Notes under the pieces: model-generated
The model's input: the letters and a program-made list of their open reading frames with translations, nothing else
What the model was told of the DNA's origin: nothing
Databases searched by the model: none
In this document: piece after piece, positions 57,394-64,000 of the stretch
Layout of the letters: the number at the start of each line of letters is the position of its first letter
How positions within the stretch are numbered: the first letter of the stretch is position 1
Position numbers and translations under genes: made by a program
Assembly: GCA_030615025.1 (NCBI GenBank)
Contig: JAUXAB010000013.1
Location: 3,655 to 67,654, forward strand
Length of the DNA stretch: 64,000 bases
Direction: 5' to 3'
DNA from: Phycisphaerae bacterium
GTDB lineage: Bacteria > Planctomycetota > Phycisphaerae > Sedimentisphaerales > Anaerobacaceae

Positions 57394-58059
57394 ATGATAA
57401 GCGAACAGTTAACCGAAATTTACCAGCTACTTTTCGACCGCTTTGGCCCCCAGCACTGGTGGCCCGGCCAAACCCAGTTCGAGATAATCACAGGCGCGAT
57501 ACTGACCCAGAATACAAGCTGGGCCAATGTCGAAAAGGCACTAACAAATCTAAAATCCGCTGACTGTTTAACCCCCGAGAAACTTCGGCGTCTCGACGTC
57601 TCACAGCTTGCCGAATTTATCCGGCCAGCCGGCTATTACAATATAAAGGCAAAACGACTCAAAAACTTCGTAAACTGGCTGTTCGACAATTACGATGGCA
57701 AACTGACTAATCTCGAAAGTCTTGACACCGACCGATTGAGAGCTGAATTCTTATCCATAAGGGGCATCGGTCACGAAACCGCCGACTCGATTTTACTTTA
57801 CGCCCTCAACAGGGCCATTTTCGTCGTGGACGCCTACACCGCTCGAATTGCTTTCCGTCACCAGCTAATCGAGCCGGACGCCGAGTACGAGCAGCTGCGC
57901 GAATTATTCCAGTCGAATCTGCCGCAGGATGCCCAGCTTTTCAATGAGTACCACGCATTGCTGGTAAGAGTCGGCAAAGAATTCTGCAAACCGACAGCCA
58001 GATGTCCCGGCTGCCCCCTCGAAAAGCTCCCTCACTCGCTCGACATCGAATATCTTTGA
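57394..58059 (+). CDS. Endonuclease III-related HhH-GPD family protein
   Basis: FGPQHWWPG..FEIITGAILTQNTSWANVEKA. HhH motif LSIRGIGHETADSILLYAL. C-terminal Cys cluster CKPTARCPGCPL. Confidence 0.8.
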   Translation: MISEQLTEIYQLLFDRFGPQHWWPGQTQFEIITGAILTQNTSWANVEKALTNLKSADCLTPEKLRRLDVSQLAEFIRPAGYYNIKAKRLKNFVNWLFDNYDGKLTNLESLDTDRLRAEFLSIRGIGHETADSILLYALNRAIFVVDAYTARIAFRHQLIEPDAEYEQLRELFQSNLPQDAQLFNEYHALLVRVGKEFCKPTARCPGCPLEKLPHSLDIEYL

Positions 58060-58207
58060 ACCTCCTCACGCCGTCTCTTTGTCATTCCCGCGTTTGGCAA
58101 CAGACCCGTAAGCGGGAATCCACTTCTCCGTTGCCGACAATCGCCTTTTATCGTATTTTGACCGTTAGTGTGTTTTTTTCTATTTGGACGTGTACTAATA
58201 AATATCA

Positions 58208-58227
58208 GGGGGCCAGCTCTGGCCCCC
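58208..58227. terminator. GC-rich hairpin between convergent genes
   Basis: GGGGGCCA / TGGCCCCC 8-bp stem with a 4-nt loop, between the stop codons at 58059 (+) and 58267 (-). AT-rich flanks but no clean T-run. Confidence 0.4.
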
Positions 58228-58266
58228 TAATATGTCAATCGTCACACACGTTTGGTGTGAATCAGA

Positions 58267-61200
58267 CTACGGAGTAGCGCCTTCCAACCAGTTGTCGGCG
58301 AAAATAGCAAAGTCGGCGAAGTCGACCTGGTCGTCGTGGCTCAAGTCACCGATTGGACACGGGTTGACCGTGTCGCCACAGACCCACCACGGGTCATAGT
58401 CAACCTTTACAGAGACCGTATCGCCACTTCCAGTACCTTCACCACTCGGTCCGCTGGGATCGCCCCACCAGTTGAGCGTGGCATCCACATCATAGACATC
58501 ATTGGCATTCGTCAGGCCGTCAGTGTTCTCAGTGATTCTGTTGTCTTTAATAACAAAGGTATCAGCTACAACGTCGTTACTATCGGAGACGTAAATCCCC
58601 ACAGTATTGAAAGACAATTCGTTGTCAGTAACGGTGACATCGCGCACCTCAGCGTTCCCTTCCGGATCAAATCCGAGACGGACACCTTTTACGCAATACC
58701 GTACACGGTTGTTGCTGATGGTTACATCAGACACGCCGGCCGACTCTTCAACGGTTTGTAGGAAAATCCCCGTCCCATAACCATCAATGGTATTGTTGGC
58801 GATATAGGACGCATTCATACCGTCGAATTGTACGGCGCAACCAGAGACCTTACCTGGACCTGTGAACGTGTTGCCGAAGACAGTCATATTGGTCGCACTC
58901 CATCCGTAGACAGAACAGTCACCCTCGTCTGCGATGAATTTGTTCTTTATGACCTGGAGGAGTCCGTCCGCGCCTACGATTCCTATAGAGGAAAGGCCGG
59001 TATTGTCAATGGTATTGTCGGAGATTACAACACCTGAGGGAGCGTCTGTCAACTGGATAACGCAGCCCGCAGAATCCTTTTTCATAGTGAAGCCATGACC
59101 AGCCTCGCCGCCCAGGACACAGTTGTCGGCACCAGCTCTAAAATCTACACCAATTTCACTATCGCTTTGATGTACTATGGTGGTCTTATCCCTTCCTTTT
59201 ATCGACCTAAGAGTGATGCCGCTCTTGTCTATGACAAGATTTGCGTTGTACGTCCCTGGCCCAGCGACGATGATATCACCGTCGAAGGCCGCGTCAATAG
59301 CGTCCTGGATGGTGACGAATATCGGCTCACCGCTATCGTGTGTATCATTTGCGTTGAAGTCGATAAATACACCCGTAAACATTTCTCCATCGGGAGCATT
59401 GAGCCAAGGCAGGTAAACTACATTATCACTTACCTCATCTCCTTTGCCGTAGGAATTTGTCGTCGGATGATATGGTCCGGATGCATGGCCCCACCAGTTC
59501 AGCGTAGCGTCAAGAACGCCCGTAGGCACCTCCTCCACCGCAGGCTGGCCGTTCGGGTCGCACGGGCTTTCCGGGTCTTCCGGGTCGAGCGTGTCGCAAG
59601 GAACATAAGGAATACCAGCATCAGTGTTTTCGACGCCATACGTGTTGCCGCTCATGTCGTTGTTGTTCACAACCACACCGCCGGCAGAGGCACGCACCTG
59701 AACGCCCACGCCATTGTCCTCCAGCGTGTTCCTGGTAACGACGATATTGGTCAGTGTCTGGCCCGTCGTTCCTATCCCTATGCCGTACTCGGAACCTGTT
59801 ATCGTGTTGCCCCGGATAACAGTGTTCGAGCGCTCCGTTACCACACCCTGAACAATGTTGCCGCCAAGAGTGTTGTCTTGAATAGTAACTGCTCCGGTTC
59901 CTACGTTTGTGTGGTTGATGAACACACCAACATATCCGCCTCCGGGAGTGCCAACGAATTCGTTGTCGTGGATATTGAGACCGGAGATGTCGCTCTCGGA
60001 CCCGGCGACATTCTGTATGACAACGCAGCTGCCATTACCCGCGGCGTTGGAGACAAACTTGTTGTTACAGAGCTCGATGTCCGTACCGGCAAGCACGATG
60101 CCGCTTGAACACTCTCCATCGGGGACATCCGGACTTTGAATCGTGAGCCCGCTAATCTTGACTCCATAGGTCTGGATGTCGATGTTAGGCACGCTCGTAA
60201 GAACACCCTTAATCGTAGCTCCAGCAGTCACAGCCACTATCTCCAAATCGTTATTGTCAATGAAAAGGTCCTCAGTGTAAGTTCCTGGCAGAACGTTCAC
60301 GGTGCCACCTTCATCAACAGCATCAATCGCCACCTGAACTTCATCAAAGGCATTGATCCCTATCCTGTAACCTGCGGGGTCAAAAAATGGTGCAGTTACG
60401 ATGGTACCGGGCTCAAGACCCTCCCAATCGTCATTCACTGCGACAACAGCAGTCTCGCCATAGGGGGGTTCAAAGTTCTCGCAGTCTGGGTCTATATACC
60501 AGGGGAAGAAGTCAACATTTCCAACAACCGCGTCGCCGGTTCCGGGTCCTGCGCCACTGGGTCCGCTGGCATCACCCCACCAGTTGTCGGTGGCGTCAAG
60601 AACAGCAGCATCGGTGTTTTCCACGCCGGAGGTGGCGTTGCCGATGATTTTGTTACAGTTGTTCACGACTACTCCAGAAGCACGCACCTGGATACCTTTA
60701 TCATTGCCCTGTACGGTATTGCCGGTAACGCTGATATTGGCCAGTGTCTGGCCCGCCGTTCCAATCCGCAGGCCTTGCGAAAAGCCGGAAGAGCCTGAGA
60801 TGGTGTTGCCGGCGACCGCCACGTCCCTCTGCTCGCGTCCGCTGAAGTCCATGACCAGGATACCCTGAAAGGCCCCGGCCCCCACCTCGCCGTCCCACGG
60901 ATCCAGAGTCGTTTCGACCGTATTGCCGGTGATCGCCATATTTGATCGCTCGGTCGTGATGCCGCGGAGCAGCACACCGCCGATCTGGTTATTCGCGATC
61001 GTGACCACCCCGGCCGGCGAGGCGCCGGAAGGAGTGTGATTGATAAAGATCGCCTCATAGCCATGCGTCCCGGCACCCAGTGCCGCGAACGTGTTGTCGT
61101 GAATGTTCAAGCCATCCAGGTCTCCCGCGCCAGCGTTACCATCACGGTACGTCTGGATTCCCTGGGAAATGTCATCGAGGGAGCTGGCATTGGTCACCTG

Positions 61201-61704
61201 GAAGACGTTGTGGTGGATTTCCACATTGTCGCCGCCAATGACGATGCCGCTGGAATACTTGCCGGCCACGGGGTCCGGGCCTTGGATGGTGAAGCCGTGA
61301 ATCTCCACGTTACTACCCACGACTTGGATGTTCGGGACCGCTAACGGGAACTCGCCCGCATCGACGTTCGCAACACCCTTGATAATGGTCGAAGCAGCTC
61401 CATCATCGCCCCACAAGTCCACGCTTATGTCAATGACAAGGTCCTCTTCGTAAGTCCCCGCCCCTACGTAAACAGTTCCACCATCTGCGACCTTTCCAAT
61501 GCCGCCGTTGATCTCCCAGTCGATGCACTTCTCCATGAATTCCCAGAATCCCAGAGAGCCTTCATATTCGTCCCGGTAGATCTCGAATGCCAGTTCTATG
61601 GTCATGTCATCATCTACCCAAACATCAGGCTCCAATGCCTGTGCCTGGCCACTGGCGACAAGCGCAAAGGCCACTACTGCACAAATTATTAATAACTTAT
61701 TCAT
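58267..61704 (-). CDS. Secreted right-handed parallel beta-helix (NosD/pectate-lyase-fold) repeat protein with dockerin-like tail
   Basis: Signal peptide MNKLLIICAVVAFALVASGQA with SD AAGGAG. Three beta-helix blocks, each followed by D-A-T-x-N-W-W-G-x-x-S-G-P ... PW. C-terminus DLSHDDQVDFADFAIFADNWLEG. Confidence 0.8.
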   Translation of the reverse strand: MNKLLIICAVVAFALVASGQAQALEPDVWVDDDMTIELAFEIYRDEYEGSLGFWEFMEKCIDWEINGGIGKVADGGTVYVGAGTYEEDLVIDISVDLWGDDGAASTIIKGVANVDAGEFPLAVPNIQVVGSNVEIHGFTIQGPDPVAGKYSSGIVIGGDNVEIHHNVFQVTNASSLDDISQGIQTYRDGNAGAGDLDGLNIHDNTFAALGAGTHGYEAIFINHTPSGASPAGVVTIANNQIGGVLLRGITTERSNMAITGNTVETTLDPWDGEVGAGAFQGILVMDFSGREQRDVAVAGNTISGSSGFSQGLRIGTAGQTLANISVTGNTVQGNDKGIQVRASGVVVNNCNKIIGNATSGVENTDAAVLDATDNWWGDASGPSGAGPGTGDAVVGNVDFFPWYIDPDCENFEPPYGETAVVAVNDDWEGLEPGTIVTAPFFDPAGYRIGINAFDEVQVAIDAVDEGGTVNVLPGTYTEDLFIDNNDLEIVAVTAGATIKGVLTSVPNIDIQTYGVKISGLTIQSPDVPDGECSSGIVLAGTDIELCNNKFVSNAAGNGSCVVIQNVAGSESDISGLNIHDNEFVGTPGGGYVGVFINHTNVGTGAVTIQDNTLGGNIVQGVVTERSNTVIRGNTITGSEYGIGIGTTGQTLTNIVVTRNTLEDNGVGVQVRASAGGVVVNNNDMSGNTYGVENTDAGIPYVPCDTLDPEDPESPCDPNGQPAVEEVPTGVLDATLNWWGHASGPYHPTTNSYGKGDEVSDNVVYLPWLNAPDGEMFTGVFIDFNANDTHDSGEPIFVTIQDAIDAAFDGDIIVAGPGTYNANLVIDKSGITLRSIKGRDKTTIVHQSDSEIGVDFRAGADNCVLGGEAGHGFTMKKDSAGCVIQLTDAPSGVVISDNTIDNTGLSSIGIVGADGLLQVIKNKFIADEGDCSVYGWSATNMTVFGNTFTGPGKVSGCAVQFDGMNASYIANNTIDGYGTGIFLQTVEESAGVSDVTISNNRVRYCVKGVRLGFDPEGNAEVRDVTVTDNELSFNTVGIYVSDSNDVVADTFVIKDNRITENTDGLTNANDVYDVDATLNWWGDPSGPSGEGTGSGDTVSVKVDYDPWWVCGDTVNPCPIGDLSHDDQVDFADFAIFADNWLEGATP

Positions 61705-61798
61705 TCTTGTTCTCCTTTTTACTTTTTAAGATTTCTGTTCTTTGCTGCGGACCGCCCGCAGCTAACAATATTCAGTTTTGTCAGCTCCATAGATTCAA

Positions 61799-61901
61799 CT
61801 CGTCTAATTACTGGTAATATTTCTCCATAGGCACCTCTCCTTTTTCTGTCGACTGTTAGCCAGCCAGCTCGTCTCATTACTGGTAATATTTCTCCATAGG
61901 C
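61799..61901. repeat. Two copies of a 34-bp direct repeat with an ATTAC-NN-GTAAT core
   Basis: 61799-61832 and 61868-61901 differ at 1 of 34 positions (CTCGTCT[A/C]ATTACTGGTAATATTTCTCCATAGGC). They lie 95-200 nt upstream of the beta-helix gene start. Confidence 0.75.
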
Positions 61902-62284
61902 CCCCATCCTTATCTGCCGACCGTCAGCCCGCCGGCGTTTTTCTGGTTGCTTATCTCGATTTGACCAGAGGGGCCCTCTGTATGGGCGCACTCGGAAAGC
62001 TCGCTACGGTTATGGCTGAGCCTGCACTTGAAACACAACACTCTCGCAAGTACCCACAGTGTTTTTATACACTCCTCCTTTCTGGTCTTGCCCTTTACGC
62101 GATGTCATTAAAGCCAAACTCGCGCAACCCAAAACTCTTTGTGAAAAAAAATCTTTCAAAGGGGGCTTGAGAGCCTTCTCAGCCTTCCCTTTCACCCATT
62201 CCTTTGAGTCATTATTCTACATCATGTTTGCAGCTAAATCAATACAAAAATTGCTAAAATTGTAAAAATATTCATTTTTTTTTT

Positions 62285-62507
62285 GCTTGCGCTAGTGTTT
62301 TTCGGTAAAAACCCGTATTGGGGCCGGGAAAACGCGTTATTGGCTGCTTTACGCCTGCATAATCGGATTCTGGCGTCGCACCGCATCACGACTTTTTTTG
62401 CTTGCGCAAGTGTTTTTCGGTAAAAACCCGTATTGGGGCCGGGAAAACGCGTTATTGGCTGCTTTACGCCTGCGTAATCGGATTCTGGCGTAGCACCGCA
62501 TCACGAC
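62285..62507. repeat. Tandem direct repeat: 108-nt unit, two copies, period 115 nt
   Basis: 62285-62392 and 62400-62507 differ at 3 of 108 positions. Each copy is preceded by a T-run. Confidence 0.85.
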
Positions 62508-62628
62508 AAAATTGTGTTTCACCCATTTAAGAGCCCCTTGACGGGCTGCAGTTTATAGTGGAGAATTTCAGATGGTCAACGAAGATTGTGCACCTAAAAT
62601 CGAAATTCTACTTGAAAGGTGATATATC

Positions 62629-64000
62629 ATGGTGAAAAAAATGCTCTGCTTAGCCCTGTTGCTTGTCAGTCAGATTGTTCTGGCTCAAACCAGCGATTAT
62701 TTCAACGCTCCCTATGGCGAGCTGCTTCCCGCTTCCACTGAGGGAGCTGCTTTATGGTGGGCCTCCTCCGGCTGGAAAATAAGCCGGGACAAGCCACTGC
62801 CTAAGGCAACCGCACGAGCTATTATGATACGCGCTGCCCGCAACGAAGCCGAAGCTGTGCAATTGGTAATTCGGCCGGTAGCTCCTTTAAGCGGCTTTAC
62901 CGTCCATGCTGGAGCGTTGACGGGACCCAGCGGGGCAGTTATCCCCGCTAAAAAAGTTGATGTGCTCAAGGTGCGGTACGTCAATGTCACCCGGCCGACC
63001 GATAAAAGCTCGGTACCTGGTCTGTGGCCGGACCCACTGCCACCGTTAAAGGGTCCCATTAATCTCGAAGCCAACAAGAATCAGCCGTTCTGGATTCGTG
63101 TGAAAGTTCCACGTTACTCTCCGGCAGGAATCTACACCGGCAAAATTCATCTTGCTGCGCAAAACTACAGTGCCGATGTCGCCCTGCGTGTTGAGGTGTA
63201 TGATTTTGTCCTTCCCGGCCGGATGACCTGCACCACCGCCTTTGGCTTCTCCCCACAAAATGTGTTCCGCTATCAGAAGCTCTCCGAACCCCAGCACAGG
63301 CGCCAGGTCATCGATAAGTATTGGGCCAGCTTCAGCGCCCATCACATCTCACCTTACAACCCCGCCCCGTTGGACGGATTCAAAGTCACCTGGCCCAAAA
63401 TCACCGAGTCAATCAAACCCCAGCAGCTCAAGCCGGTGTTCGACTGGACGGCCTGGGACAGGGCGATGGAACGAACTATTGATTACTACCACTTTAATTC
63501 CTTTCGGTTGAGCATACCGGGCCTCGGCGGCGGAAGTTTTCATTCCCGACGAGAGCCCCAACTACTTGGCTTCAGCGAGGATACGCCCCATTACAAAGCC
63601 GCCTTTAATGCCTACTGCCGCCAGCTCCAGCAGCACCTTCGCCACAAAGGCTGGCTCGACGAGGCCTATGTCTATTGGTTTGATGAGCCTGCCCCCAAGG
63701 ACTACGAGTTCGTTATGAATGGTTTTCGCAAGCTTAAACACGCAGCCCCGGATATCAATCGTATGCTCACCGAGCAGGTCGAGCCCAAACTCATCGGCGG
63801 CCCAAACATCTGGTGCTCTGTATCCTATAACTACAAACACGAACCGGCTCAACAGCGGCGCCGGCACGGCGAAAAGTTCTGGTGGTACATCTGCTGCGGA
63901 CCAAAGGCACCCTACTGCACCTTGTTTATCGACCATCCCGGCACCGAGCTGCGCGTCTGGCTCTGGCAAACCTGGAAACGAAGAATCGATGGCATCCTCG
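62629..64000 (+). CDS. Secreted DUF4091/GH123-like protein (3' end beyond window)
   Basis: Absent from the ORF track because it has no stop in the window. My translation from ATG 62629 gives MVKKMLCLALLLVSQIVLAQ... with no stop through 64000. The segment ...GWLDEAYVYWFDEP...FWWYICCGPKAPYCTLFIDHPGTELRVWLWQTW is typical of DUF4091-containing glycosidase-like proteins. The three minus-strand track ORFs here are antisense shadows. Confidence 0.7.
   Translation, partial: MVKKMLCLALLLVSQIVLAQTSDYFNAPYGELLPASTEGAALWWASSGWKISRDKPLPKATARAIMIRAARNEAEAVQLVIRPVAPLSGFTVHAGALTGPSGAVIPAKKVDVLKVRYVNVTRPTDKSSVPGLWPDPLPPLKGPINLEANKNQPFWIRVKVPRYSPAGIYTGKIHLAAQNYSADVALRVEVYDFVLPGRMTCTTAFGFSPQNVFRYQKLSEPQHRRQVIDKYWASFSAHHISPYNPAPLDGFKVTWPKITESIKPQQLKPVFDWTAWDRAMERTIDYYHFNSFRLSIPGLGGGSFHSRREPQLLGFSEDTPHYKAAFNAYCRQLQQHLRHKGWLDEAYVYWFDEPAPKDYEFVMNGFRKLKHAAPDINRMLTEQVEPKLIGGPNIWCSVSYNYKHEPAQQRRRHGEKFWWYICCGPKAPYCTLFIDHPGTELRVWLWQTWKRRIDGIL

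Noticed and set aside
62712-63969. Minus-strand track ORFs 62712..63077, 63046..63345 and 63562..63969.
   Set aside because: They lie antisense to a continuous plus-strand ORF (62629 to the window end) that has a signal peptide and DUF4091-like motifs.

Overview
64-kb bacterial window. I could not recognise any rRNA, tRNA or CRISPR array. There are about 30 credible protein-coding genes. Very large secreted or surface proteins dominate: an S8 protease-LamG fusion, a 3475-aa LamG/Gly-rich/Ig-like/RHS giant, two tail-fibre-like proteins, a 1145-aa parallel beta-helix protein and a HAF-repeat protein. Several of these end in a dockerin-like EF-hand tail. The family mix (TIGR02999-type ECF sigma remnant, fused membrane spermidine-synthase/TPR protein, FGE-domain fusion, HAF repeats, LamG plus dockerin-like tails, many short intergenic hairpin repeats) suggests a PVC-superphylum organism, Planctomycetota/Phycisphaerae-like; this is inference only. 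Mobile and decay signatures are: an AbiEi/AbiEii toxin-antitoxin pair bracketed by a 17-bp inverted repeat beside a nonsense-mutated tyrosine recombinase (6.4-9.2 kb); an rve-type transposase 3' fragment (20.7-20.9 kb); and an ECF-sigma/TPR deletion scar (37.2 kb). The most interesting observations are four. (i) Two paralogous cassettes (42.6-45.3 kb and 48.5-51.6 kb) each encode a fibre-like protein with a conserved head and an unrelated tail, followed by a small conserved secreted partner. (ii) An Hcp-domain protein with an N-terminal signal/anchor sits beside a GWINF-repeat secreted protein. Both lie just downstream of a Sec-signal RHS giant whose post-core C-terminus looks like adhesin rather than toxin. 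No other T6SS gene is present. (iii) A tight five-gene operon (25.5-32.2 kb) encodes two PD40 propellers, an FGE::HDAC fusion, an MBOAT and an SGNH-like partner. (iv) A recurrent extreme C-terminal tag, CPxGWxL[KR]. One real ORF (62629 to the window end) is missing from the supplied ORF track because it has no stop codon in the window. All identity percentages are by-eye estimates, not computed.
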